Shown here: piece after piece, positions 12,960-27,317 of the stretch | How positions within the stretch are numbered: position 1 is the first letter of the stretch | Layout of the letters: the number at the start of each line of letters is the position of its first letter | NCBI GenBank assembly: GCA_002245135.1 | Contig: NGBS01000010.1 | Span: 1-64,000, forward strand | DNA length: 64,000 nucleotides | Source of the DNA: Proteromonas lacertae | Taxonomy: Eukaryota | Direction: 5' to 3' | Position numbers and translations under genes: made by a program | The notes under the pieces: model-generated | Told to the model about the DNA's origin: nothing | Seen by the model: the letters and a program-made list of their open reading frames with translations, nothing else | Database searches by the model: none

Positions 12960-15900
12960 TTAGAGGTAATCTAAAATGTCACTGACATCTTCTGAAACAT
13001 TATTATTTGACTCTAATTTCTGTTGATCAGTATTTTCAGAAGAACTGATGGAAACTCCATCACCTGGTGTTAATTTCTGCTTATCCACTAATGAATAATT
13101 CATACTGTTATTTAATTGCGATAACAGATTCTGAGTCTGTAAACTGTTTTCTAAATAATCAACTCCACATTCAGACGATGAATTTTTGTTGCTATTCTTT
13201 TCAATTGAAGATGAAGATGATAATGATGATGATAATTGTTGTGGAATTAATATATGCTGTGTTTCTGTCTGTGAAACGAGTTGAGTAGGCATATTATACA
13301 TTTCATCATCATCATTATCACTTATTTCAACTTTATTCTTAATTTCATTTATTTTTTGATTGTCATTGACTATCTTTTCTTGTGGAAATAATGGTGGAGA
13401 TTCTTCTTCTTCTTCTGTTTCACTATTTTCATGATTATTATTATTATTATTATTAGGTGATTGTAATTGTTTTTTTATCTTCGCTTTTTTTTCTATTTCA
13501 TCTTTAATTGTAGTGATTACTATAGATTTATCTGTTGAAAAACTTTCATCCTTTTCATTAGAAGATGAAGCTTTACTCTCATTCTTTGGTTTATTATCCA
13601 TAAATATATCACTTTCAATAGATGATGATAATGAACTTTTAGTTGATTGTGTATCATCTGGAGGAATAAATATTGGCTTAGATTCACCAGAATTTGTCTT
13701 TATTTTCTTTGTTACAGGATTTGAATCAATGATGATTTCATCTTCTGTTTCATCTCCATCACTTTCAATTAAAATCATTTTTCTTTTTTTTCCTTTTTCT
13801 TCTTCAACATCATTATTATTCTTTACATTTATTATTTCATTACCAGAATCATCTGAATCTTGAAATAAAGCATTATGTTCCATCACTCTTATATTATCAG
13901 AACCTTCATTTTCATCCAAAACTATAAACAATATAAATAGTTTAAGTGTTATATATATACAATCAAGTAAATCTTGAGAACTTTTATCACTGAATGGCTT
14001 AGACATATTATCAGCATTATTCAATATACTAAAGTCAATCAACGATTCCTCCATATCTAATTCATCATCTTTTACTTTATTATCTTCACTCTTTTTTACA
14101 CCAACTTCCTTTTGAAATTGTTCTATAAAACCATTTGGATTATAACTGAATAGATTCTTTACACCAAATAATTTTCCATATTCTGATGGAACTCCAGAAA
14201 CTGCGTTAAATATTCTCTTTTGGTTCATATGTCCTTCTGTTGCAACAGCTGCTAATTGTTGTTTATAAACTTGTCTATAATAAGTAATTTCTTCTATTGT
14301 ACCAGTACTAATTAATCTATAAACAGTTACGTCTTTATTTTGACCAATACGATAAGACCTATCTTGAGCTTGAATATCCCAAGCTGGATTCCAATTTGGA
14401 TCAAATATAATGACTATATTTCCACCAGTTAGATTCAATCCAACACTATTATAACAATAAAATAACATATTAATATCATATATATATACCCTCCTGCTTT
14501 AGTAGAAATCAACATAATAAATGGATCTTTATTAGTATTAAACTGATTAACAATATCTATACGACTTTTACTAGACATTGATCCATCAATCCTACCATAT
14601 GTATAACCTTCATTAATAATTGCATTTTGAATTATATCTAATAAATGAGTAGAATTACTGAATAACAAAACCTTTGTTTTATTCAACCTTGCTCTTTTCA
14701 ATAATATACATAATGTATCTAATTTTCCACATCTTTGTTTTTCTGTTTTATAAAAAGGTGAGTTGTTATTATCACTTATTTTGATATTTAACAAACGATT
14801 AATAAAGTCATTTGCTTTATTTTGCATTTCTACAGTATCATTTGAATTGGACTTTAATAAATCAATATGATTGGCTATTTTCTGTAATACAGAAATACAT
14901 GGGTAAGAAATACAAAAAGGACATCTATTAATACAATATAATACAATGTATTTATGTATATATATATACTTTTTACATAAATCATCTTTATGATACCAAC
15001 TCCAAATAACACTCTTTTCATTCAATTTATCAATATCACTAACATCATAACAACAATCTTTACCTTTCTTTCCTGATTTACATATACAATTATCATTGTG
15101 ATATAATATCAAACCATAATCAAAGCTATTAATTACTTTTTCATATATTTCCTGTTGAATACTTCCTAACTTACAAAACACTACAATATCTCTTTTATTT
15201 GGTAATTTATCTTTCAATACAGTGGATTTATCTCTTCTTAAATAATATTCATTTAAAATATTCAATAATTCTTTTGTTTTTTCTTTTCCTTTATTTAATT
15301 CTTCTTTTGATGCAGTTTTCTTTCTCGCCTTCTTTATAGGAGTTGCATAATGGAAATCAAAATAATCTTTATCGTGTAAAATACCAGGAACAATTATATT
15401 CAATAAACACCACAATTCTATTGGATCATTTTGAATTAATGTTCCAGTTAAACCATATTTCAAAGGAGTTATGAATTTCAAACAACATTTTGATATTTCT
15501 GATTTGTGGTTTTTAAGTGTATGAAACTCATCCATTATTATCATTTCCCAATCGATATTATATATTATATCACTAATAAATAAATTAATTAAAAAAATGT
15601 AATAATATAAATACTCTGCTAATCGAATAGATGAATAACTACCAATCAATACTTCCAATTCATTATCTTTTGCTGTATATAAGATATCTCTCTTTTCTTC
15701 TTCATTTCCTTTTAATATAAATACACTGAAGCATCCCCATTTATTCAATTCTTTCATCCATTGTTCTACTATTGAAGCTGGACATATGATTAAAGTTGGT
15801 TTTTGATGTTTCATTATTTTATCTTTTGATAATAAACCTGTCTTTTCATAAACAATCCATAGAAATGCAATTATTTGAATTGTTTTACCTAAACCCATAT

Positions 15901-16163
15901 CATCTCCTAATATTCCTCCTTTTTTGTTGATATATAAATTATATAACCATTTTATTCCTTCTCTTTGATAATCTCTTAAATATTGATTAATTATTCCTGG
16001 TAAAACTCTGTTATTAGAGAGTTGTAGATCAACACATGGATCTGATGGCGGATCATCTATTGCTGGATAATCAAATGAATTCTATATTGACATTATTACA
16101 TTCTAGATATACATTTTTAGTCAATTTTTCTGCTGATCTTAAAACAGATGGTGATGGAGTTCT

Positions 16164-16234
<71 letters not shown>

Positions 16235-16497
16235 TAGATAAAGATTGCGATATTGATTTTGATAATTTCTATATACAAATATTCTTCTAAAAATACAAAT
16301 GTTGAAAAAAGCATTAATGGAGTTTTCTTATCATCTTCTTCCAATATATGATCCATATTACAAGAATCTGCTTCTTGTGACTCTTGTGGTGTATTATTTA
16401 TTGAAGAACTTAACAGTGCATCTGGATCTAATTCTGAAGATTGGGTCAAGTCTTTTGACACTTCTAACAACTTTTTAAGCCTTTCTAATGCCGACAT
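12960..16497 (-). CDS. ERCC6L2: SNF2-family helicase, ERCC6L2/Rad26L (plant SWI2/CHR9)-like
   Basis: [43 protein letters not shown]; Cys insertion CICKSG...DCCY...CPFCISYPC typical of this subfamily. Confidence 0.85.
16165..16233. repeat. (TCA)n microsatellite encoding poly-Asp on the minus strand
   Basis: About 23 consecutive TCA units. Confidence 0.95.
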
Positions 16498-16614
16498 CAA
16501 CACATATACAAGACTTCTTGAGTTTTTTAAAAATCAAAAAGCTTGATTTGATAGATTCAAATCTATTTTGACTCAAAAATTTTAAACCTGCAAAATACCG
16601 CCAAAGTAGAATAA

Positions 16615-19600
16615 ATGGAAGAAGAACTGATTGAAAGACTTCAAACACTCATAGATACAGAAGAACCAATCTCTTTATCCCAAACATCATATTCAGTAAC
16701 CTCTACAGCAAATAATGTAATTCATATTCTGTTATTATCAATAGTTTGAAGATTTAATAAGTTCTTATACAAGAGAGGAAATTGTAAATGCTGTTATTGA
16801 AGCTTCAAAAAAGAAGGTGAAAAATTTTGTGCTTACGTAAGAGCTATATTTATTGGATTATCTCCAACAAATCCAAAGTCATTGCATCTAAGAGTTGAAA
16901 TTATAAAATGTATTATTCATTTATTCATGACATTTTCAATCCCTCATATTGACTCTTGTCAAGAGAAATCATCTCTATCGATATTAAACTATATTCTATT
17001 CGAATTGAATTTATTTCCAAGAGATTATTTACCTTCAATAATGTCAGCTTGGTTAGATGATTTACCAAATATACCAAACGATTCACAATCAGATTATGGG
17101 TATAATGAATATTTAGTAATTATGTTTAGAATGGATGAATTAATGGAATTTTTACCAAAAATACTCAATTCAATACCAAATGAATCAGTATTACATGTAA
17201 AAGAGGATGTAGATGTAATTTATGATAATTTATATGGTAAAGATTACAAAGTATACATGCTTATGATATATATCGTTATAGAATATGATAATTGAAAAGA
17301 TATGTTCAAATCCTTGGTCACCTATCATATTACGTGGTTTAATCAATGGAATTAGAGATTTAATACTTCCAGAAGATCAATTTAGACAATTATTAAAGAG
17401 AATATTTGTGACATTTCTACAATGTGAATTAAATGTAATACCAACTATGATATCTACATTATTATTGAAAAATATGTGTAGTATATAAATATATAATTAT
17501 GTATATATTGTAATAGTTACTGAAATATTTGAATCAATAGAAATTCTGTTAGAAAAACTAAAAATTAAGTATTCTGAAGAAGGTAAAATATTAATAGAGT
17601 ATAAATACTTTACTTCTTTACTCATTGATTCATTATTCTTTACAATCAGACAAAATGGTGGTTTAGGTAAGAAATATATCAATTTTATAATCAAAGACAA
17701 TTCTATTATTTCATTATTTGATATTACATTACTATTATCATTATTGAATGATGAATCTTTCCAGAAACAAATTATGAAATATATTCTCACACAAATCTCT
17801 CTAAGTATCGAATTAGATATATATCAAATCTATTATGACTCAATGAACAAATTACAAATAGAAATTAATACAAATTCAAATAGAAACAGATTAAATGAAC
17901 TATTAATGAATATATTAAAGAACTTATCACCTGATGATGAAAGTATATTATCATCCTTCACATTTTTGAGTTTGAATATTATTAAATATGATAAACCAGT
18001 AACAGATTGTATATTCTATAATTATATTTATTTTTATAGTACCAAAGCAGTATTTATTAGAATATAAAAGATCAATAATCAACTATGGAAGTGACTTAAT
18101 AATAACATTATTTCAACTATATCCTAAATCACGTCAATATATATTAAACCAACTAATATCAACTATAATAATCAACGATTCAACTGTTTTACAAACTGTT
18201 CAAATACTTTCAAAATTAATAGTTAATAATGAATCAATAATGATTGAACATATTCCAATAATCAAAGAATTAATCGAAAATATTTCAAGTTTAACTTTAC
18301 CAGTAGCAACTATTATATTACAGAGTTTACAGTTGTTATTACAATATAAAACAGATTTAGTGGACTTCTTAATTGTTATATTAAAGAAATTATTACTAAA
18401 TCGAAATTTAACAGGAAGACTAATCGGAATTGAAGGTTTAATGATATTATTAAAAAGTTATGGTGATGAAATATCATTAAGTCAAGTGGTTTACACTCAA
18501 TGTATTATATCAAAAGGAACATTTTCAAAGGAAAATCATTTATACCAAGAGATTATCGGATATTTAAAGAGATGTTTAAGCCAACAATATGAAGTAAGAT
18601 TGAAAGTTTATAAAGACTTAGTAAGTTTGTATTCTTCATCGCCCAATTTGAGAGAATCTATTTCTACTATCTATGTAGAAGCATTGAAAACATATATGAA
18701 TAATAATAATAGTAAAGATGAATGTATATTGATCTTAACAAAGTGTTTAAATGGAAGTAAGATTATTGAGCCATTAGATGTGTTGTTAAATAGTATAGAA
18801 AAATGTGCAATTGAATATATAAACACAATGAATAATGATGATAAAGATATTCAAATGGAACAATTTCTATTACCAAATCTTATATTAATAATTGAGAAAA
18901 TATCATCAACAGAGTTGATAGATTTCAATTTAGATAAAACGAGAGATTTCAGTAAGAATACACATGAAGGTGAAAGCAATTTACATTTAGTTACTTTATT
19001 ATCTTCTATCTTACATGGATTTATGGATTTTGTATTATTAGATGATAAGAATTATACATTTGCTCAAAAGAAACAATATTTACATTCTTTTTTTACACTA
19101 ATTAATGTATAGTTCTTCTTTAATATTATTATATCTATTAGAATATCAAACATATTATATCAATATCTTCATCATCTTCAAAGAAACTTCAAAATAGTCA
19201 AAAACCAAATAATAATAAAGGAAGAAGCAATCAGAATAATATCGTTCTACCAAACAGTTTCTTCTCATTGAAAAGTATAGCAAAAGCATTTGAATATATT
19301 CTAAGTAATGTATAAAGATAATAATAATTATTATAATTTTTATGAATAGGAAGTTGAACAAAATGATATAATCTCCTCTGAATTAGAAATTTATTTATTA
19401 CAACAATCCAATATTCAATTACAGCAGTTATTATCATCATCAGATATTGAATATATTCGATCACATTATCAAAATGCAGTTGAGCAATGCAATATATTAG
19501 GAAAATACTATACACAGCTAATGAAGAAATATGAAGTGAGTGATGAAAAGAAGAGTAAATCGCCTTTAACATTGATATTATTATCATTGGAATATTCAAT

Positions 19601-21217
19601 AAAGATTATAATCAGTGGTCCAATTTCAAAGGATTTAGTTTGCCACTGAATTATCTGAATTCTTTACGAATAGTTTTGAAGAAATAATAGAGTATATTTT
19701 AATATAATTATTTTGTATATATATAGTGATAGTAATGAATCAGAAATAATGTCAGACATAACTGAAAGAACAATTTGTCATTTTTGTACAATAATACAGA
19801 AATGTATTGAAACGAATCATTACCTATCAGCAGAAACACTTTGTTCAACTACAATCATACTATTTCCATATATTTCATCCACAACTATATCTGAACATTT
19901 CAAATGGATTATGAGCATTATATTGAATAATAAACTATCTAAATTACCATCTCCATTACTCAAATCATTCTCAATGTTTTTCAATACACTCTCTAATAAG
20001 GTTGATTCTTTGGAATATTATAATAAAATAATTCATAAAATCACCAGTAGTAGTGGTAAAGATGATGAATTATATGAATTAGCTATGAATTACAATGATT
20101 TGATTGATAATTTCTCACACTTTATATTATGTTGTTATTGGAATTATACATTCATTATTAATCTGCCAACAATACCAAACGATAGTAATAATGATGAAGA
20201 AGAAACAAGTAACAATAATAACCAACAATATAAAGGTTTGATCACTGAAAGGAACTTTAGAGAAAAATTTATACTAAATACACTTCAAAATATAGTCAAA
20301 GCAATCACTCCACTTATATCTACTCCTGACTGTTTAACTTCTTATACAAACTTGTTTAAAATATTAAAATGCATTTATCAATGTTCAATGAAATCAATTC
20401 AATTGTTCTGTAGTCATTCACATTTTGTATATTTATATATATATATGTTTAGAATGAATTAGAAATTATTCAATTATTAAAGACTATTAGACATATGACT
20501 CCTTCAGTATATACATTAATATCAAATTTAAACACAAATGCAAAACGAACTGGTAGAATTCAAAGACTAAAAGAATCATCAGTGTCAAAGCAAGCATCAC
20601 TTATACCTAATTTGATTGAAGCCATTGAAGCATATGATTCTGTATTGATTAAAATAACAAAATCTCAACATTTTGATATATCTAAATACACATATAGAGG
20701 AACATCTAGGGATTTTCAAATATATAAAAACAAGTTAGAAGAATCAAAACAAAATGAATCAAATAATGATGAAAAAAATGATACAAGTTGCAGTGTGGAT
20801 GATTTAAAGAAAAAGAAAAGGAAGAGAGATGGAAAAGAGGTTAATAAGAATAAGAATAAAATTGAAGTAGTTGATAATGACGATGATGAAGATGAAGATA
20901 ATGTTTCTTTAAATAAATTACAAGCAAAAACATCTCTACCGAAAGAAATATCTTCTAAACAAAGTAAAAATATGGAAGAAGAGGAGGAAGGGGAAGATAT
21001 CACGATATCTGAAGGAGATGAGGAAGAAGAAAATTTGGAGGAAGAAAATGATGAATTAGTGGTATTAGAACATATCCCTAAGAAAACAGAAAGTGAAGAA
21101 GATGAGAATTTAGAAGAAAGTGAAAATGAAGAAAATGAGGGAGAAGAAGATGATGATGAAGATACTGTCGATGAAGATTTGCCTTTAAATTCACTAAAAA
21201 AACGTAAAACGAATTAA
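16615..21217 (+). CDS. FANCI: Fanconi anemia group I protein
   Basis: EIIGYLKRCLSQQYEVRLKVY, SLSQV, LIPNLIEAIEAYD...GTSRDFQI, acidic/basic tail; many short introns. Confidence 0.85.
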
Positions 21218-21310
21218 TATTTAAATTATTATATAGAATTATCTGTTTTTACGAATTAATTATATTAAAATGATTTTCTTCCTGATAATAACTGCTCTAA
21301 TATTGTATCA

Positions 21311-22343
21311 TCAGGCACTATATTCATTTGCTTGTAAAGCAGTAGTAACATTTGAATTAATCACTATTTCATTAGAATTTCTCTGAACTTTGAACGATTG
21401 AGATATAGTGCTTAAAGAATTGTGAGTTATTCTCATTTGAATCATATTCAGAATAAAAAATGGAATTTGATCCTCGTTCTTTATATATTGTAAAGTATTA
21501 TGTAATTTAACCTCTTTTCCATTACACATCATATTATACTCAAAACTAATACACTTACCTGATATATTATCACCAATTAAAGTAGATATATAATAATAAA
21601 ACAATGACAAATCTTCATTTGGAACAATTAAAAAAACAGATTGATTTATAATACTTTCATAAGGTTTATTAAATATTCTATACATAAATAAATAAATTAT
21701 TATTAATTGAATTATACAAACAAAACTGATTATTGCAGTCTGTTATTAATCCATTTATTGAGATAATAGCTGAAGGAATTGAACAGAATTTAAATGTATC
21801 ATAATAATCTAATTGATATTCACTACTTCTACTATTCTTTAACTCCATATATCTATTATTTATTTGCTCCTTCAGCTGTTTTATATTGTTTTCTGTTTCT
21901 AATATAAAAGAACATGTTGAGTCTAAAACACTTAATTTATCGGATCTTTTAAGCTTATTATTCATCTATATTGGTATGTTTATACAAAAATACTTCAAGT
22001 ATATTTTTCAATGACTCGATTTTGTCTTTTAGATTTTTGATTCTTCTTTTTTCTATTTCATTGTGATCTTATAAATAAAATAACAACAATAAATATACTA
22101 GACTTTCTTTTATTCAAATATTCTGAACTACAGAGAATAAATTGTGCATTAATACTGTTCAGCCTCTTCTTCTTCCTCTTCCTCTTCCTCTTCTTGTTTC
22201 TGGGGAACATCAATTTTATTCATTACAATATCATCTGAATTACTATAAGAAGATGGTAGATTGTATTTGAATCTTTCTGTAAGAACACTATCAAAGTTCC
22301 TATTTGTCATATTCTCAGATTGCTTCTGTAAGCTATCATCCAT
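21311..22343 (-). CDS. bHLH-PAS transcription factor
   Basis: Exon ~21995-22048 reads DHNEIEKRRIKNLKDKIESLKNILE; then KRSDKLSVLDST; PAS-like FKFCSIPSAIISINGLITDCNNQFC. Confidence 0.75.
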
Positions 22344-22690
22344 TTATCTTTTAATCTAAAAAAAACTCAAATTTCAAAATTGGTTTATGTGAATATTTAC
22401 CCAAAAATATCCGTTACACTATTATAAAAAGCCTTTATAATAACAAATAGAAAGAAGAAATACAATAATGCACTATAAATTCAATATCTTATCTATCCAA
22501 ATATCTAATTTTAGATAAACATAAGTATAAACATGAGATTATCACAAAAATGACAATTGATTGATATTCAACATTTGATACTCACAGCGAAGTCAATTGT
22601 TTCTTTCAAGTTCAAATAACCCAATTGACTATAACAATAACAATAAAATTCCAGCTAAGCTTCCTACTGGATTATTTTTTAACAATTTTT

Positions 22691-25600
22691 TCATTTTTTC
22701 ATTTCTATTTTATCATTTATCTCAAAAAGTCTATCACATACCATCTTTTTTATTCTTTCAGATATAAATGTAAGACGATTGGACGTAATAATACCATTTT
22801 CATCTTCATGCGTATCATAAATCAATACATAATCATAGTTACCTTTTGAAAATGGAGATTTATTTATACCTTTAATTATTTCTTCCATTATTACCTCGTT
22901 GTTTTTATTATTAATTGAAGCATTTATATAATTTTCACTGTCTTTATCATAATAGAAACCAATAACACCTTTATATAATGAATATTTTTCTTTATACACT
23001 TCTTTCCACTTGTCATATTTATTTTTAAGGAATAATATTTGTGATTTGTTAGAATTTATTTCAGTACTATTTGTAAATCCTTTATACCTACTGTTAAGTT
23101 CAATGTCATTCAATTTTATAAGTTTAATACACTTTATTTCTCCAACTTTCTCTAGTTCTTCTTGCGTTAATTGAGGTATATACATTATTAATGGACATCT
23201 TTTACTTTGAAATGTATTATATTCTTCTTTAGATGGATTAGCTAATAAGATTATCATCTTTGCATCTGCATAATCATCTTCACCAATTACAACTTCATCA
23301 GATATTACGATTTGAACATTACATACACTTTTAAAATAATCACGATTATCTTTACCTTCATCATCTAAATGCAATATACTGACATTATCTTGGTATTTTT
23401 CATGAATATATTCTATAATAATATCAGCAAACTTTGACTTTCCTATTTTACTTTGACCAAATTTCAAATAATTTCTTTGATTATAATAAATGAAATTAAG
23501 ATTTTTGGGAAAAATAGTATTCAACATTTTATAATAACAATCTCTCATCAAAAATACTCTTTTACTATGTATATACACATCCATTGGTGATAAAACTATT
23601 GTCTTTACATCCCAATTTTGTTGTTCATTATGATTAATATCTACCATTTCTCCTTCTTGTTTACTATCATCTTTATCATCTTCTTCACTTTCATCAACAT
23701 TTTCTTCTTCTAGTGATTCAGATATTGCTTCTGATGGTTGGGATTGTTGCTTAAATATAGGTAAAGTAAAAAAAAACTTTTACTTCTCTATTTTGTATTA
23801 TACAATATTTAAACTCGCCACTTTCATTCATATAGTATTTCTATTTAATTATAAATATAAAAAATATATATACTCTTATAGATTCTTTTAATTTTTCTTT
23901 TGTTTCATCATCATTCTTAACTTTTTCTTTATCTAGTAATACTTTTATAAACACTCCGTTCATTATCAAATCAAAGTAATTATTTTCATCCAATATATAA
24001 AACACTGAATGTAAGAATTTTGGAGGATGATAAACTGGAACATATAACTCAGAGTTCATTTCAAAATGAGAATTTTTAAAGTTTAATTTAATTATACCAG
24101 TACTTAGTTCATACGCTATTATCTGTTTTAATGCCATTCTTCTCATGTATTTATCATTAGTCGATGTATAATATTCTTCAACCTTGTGATATTCTTCTTC
24201 ATCTTTTGGTGGATTAAATTTACAAACTATATATCTTTCTATATCTTCAGAAATGAATTTTAATTTTCTTTCTGGTTCTAATATTATTCTTCTAACATCA
24301 TTATCCCATACTTGTTTTAAATCATATTTTACTATGATGTTAGATAATTCTTTCAATTTATTTTTTCCCAGATAATCATTTACAAACTGAATATAACCTG
24401 TTGTTCCTACTACACTATCTATCAACTGCTTATAATATTCCCAATAATCACTATTATAGTTATAGTTATACAAATAATGGTAATATATTTGTCGAGGAAT
24501 ATTACCATATTTTTCACATATTATATCAAATTTATTATTTTTATTATAACCAATACAGTTTACAAACCATTCTTCAATTTCTGTTTTATTTAAAGAATCA
24601 AAATATAATTCTTTACAACTATCTTTATATTTACTATTATTATCTGGATCAGGTGAACTGATTGATATTACTGTGTTACTTTCATCAAACTTATAATTAT
24701 AAGTATCAACTATTATCAATGAATCATAAATATTACCTGGATGTATTTTGCTTTTAAATAGTATATATTCTCCATTAATCTTTTCAAATTTGTAGATTCT
24801 GGCTTTTTCTTTATCTCCATCTCTCTTCCCTTTAATGAAATATATGATACTCATGTTTTTATATGCATTCAAAACATAATAATTAATACCAATACCTACA
24901 TCTTCTTCTTTTACTTCAATTACATCTGTTATTTTATTTAAATCATCTACTATATTAACAACTCTTTTTCCCAAATCTTCTATAGTTTTTTTAAAACCAT
25001 CTTCAATTTCTTTAATTTCACTAGTAATTTCTTTTTTCGTTTGTTTATATAATTGTATTGATTCATTCATTTTCTTTATATTCACCAATCTGTTTATTAT
25101 TCTTTCTGTTATTACTCTTTTACATATAACATCATCATCATTTATATTTTTTCTTTTTATCCAATTTTTCAATTGAATTAATTCTTTATTATCAATTACT
25201 TTAACAGCTTTGTTCAAATTATCTATTTCGTTTATATTTGTATTATTCTCTTCTCTACAACCTATTATCATCTCATCTCTATTGCATTTAATATGTATTT
25301 CTTTATCATCATATATTTTTAATATATATACATATCGTTTGTGTATGTATAAATCACCATGATTATCTTTTTTATTATCTGTTGTTTTAATCCTATTAAT
25401 CTCTGTTTTAATATCTTTTTTCAAATCATGAATCATTGTTTCATCTTGTCTTATATCTTTTTCAAGTTGTTCTATTACAATATTCAAATCATCAATTCGT
25501 TTATCTTTTTTAGTATATAATTTCTTCAGAAATTCATCAATCTCATTTATTTCTTTAATTAACTGTTCTTTCTTCAAATAACCTTTTTCATTTGGATTAA

Positions 25601-26633
25601 AATCATATGATAAATTATTCTTAAGAAAGAAAAATAATACATATATAAAAGAGGTTTTGCCAATACCTGGCTGACCTGTAATCACTATGGAATCTATTTC
25701 ATCAAGTGATAAGAGTTTACATATATCTCGAAACATTGAATAGTAACAATCTCTTATGTAAATTAAATTCTTGGGGAATTGGAATACTTCTACATTTGCT
25801 TGTGTAAACTCTAAATATTTCTTTGTTTTACTACTTTTAACAAATTTACCATCTTCATCCATAACAAGTTTCTCAAGTTCAATTATACTCAAATTATTCA
25901 CTATTTTAACATAACTATCTGGAGAATCTAGATATTGCATATTCTTATCACCTAAGTATTTTAATAATACTTTTAAATCATTTATATCACTATTGTCTAA
26001 ATATTCTTTTTCATGATCATTTAATGTAAAATTCTCTTCTATTGTTTCTTTTATTTCTTTAATATCAATTACTTTCTTATTCTTTAATACATCTAACAAA
26101 AATACATTTATTTCATTCTTTAGATCTGCTGTTTTTTGTTTCTTTGTTATACCAAAAATTTCGCTCATAGTTCTCTTCACAGCAAATTGTTCGCGACATT
26201 TGGTTATCTCTACTTTATCATTAAGCTTATACAAAGCGAATAATGGATATATAGATGTTGATGTACTATTTATTTCTTTATATTCTGTTTTTTGTTTGTT
26301 TGTTATGATTTGTATTTCTTCTTCATTCAATTTATAAAAAACTTCATACTCATTTTCTTTAAGACTTTCATTCACTTCTAAATCATATACTTCATTTTTT
26401 TCACTATTGTAATTATAAAGACTTTCTGTATATCCAATACAAAACACATTACATTTACTAGTCAGTTTATAGCTAATGTAAAAGTAATTATAAATTTCTT
26501 TTGGACAAATACAGAATAATGTATCATCAGTATTATTTTCTACTTCTGTTTGAGTATTATCAAGAACTACAAAATTCACACTGGAACCAAATCCCCAAAA
26601 ATTGGAAATAGCACTACCCATACTATTACCCAT
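22691..26633 (-). CDS. Crinkler/RHS-type P-loop NTPase with N-terminal SPRY-like region and a second degenerate NTPase module
   Basis: IYIRDCY...IVITGQPGIGKTSF, ISSPD, GNIPRQ; second module LMRDCY...GQSKIGKS; two short introns (~23730-23875) plausibly join ORFs 23841-26633 and 22691-23647. Confidence 0.65.
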
Positions 26634-27317
26634 AAATAAATAAATGCGTAAAAATAACTAACTAATGAGAAAAAAACAAAAACAATTGGAATGAATAACC
26701 AATCAAATCACACCAAATGTACCAATCAAATATACTCATTATTAATAAAGAAATTTACATTTTATAATGTAATTATTTGTGAGTTAGTAAGTGATATAAT
26801 GTGATTTTCATTTAATATTTTCTGAAATATAAATGAAAGAATAAATATACTTTCATCAGCTAAGAAAATGTATTTCCTATACACTACTCACTACCAGTTG
26901 GATTATGAAGTAAAATACTTTTGTAATACTGAATTTTGTACTGTTTCAAATATAAATCTACAAACACCAGATTTAGTAACAGCCTTATCATTTGTTTGAT
27001 ATATATATATGTTTTTATAATCAACTTTTGATATACTGCTTTTGATATTATTGTATCTATATCTGGTATTAAGATATTATTCTTTTGGCATTACAATAAT
27101 TATGTTTTCATTGCATCTTCTCTATAAACATCATTCTGGATGTTTTAAGACATTCTAAAACAGGAAACAAACTTATTCCTCTGTGCAGCATGTTTGCGCT
27201 TATTCCCCTTTATTACACATTATTATAGTATTTGTAGTTTGTTTTATAGATATGATTTAATAATGTAATAAAACATAGTAATAAAATAATAATATAGTAA
27301 TTCAATTCTTATCATTA

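Noticed and set aside
26640..27310. Possible small gene or pseudogene between the NTPase and TPR genes
   Set aside because: No ORF or motif I could support
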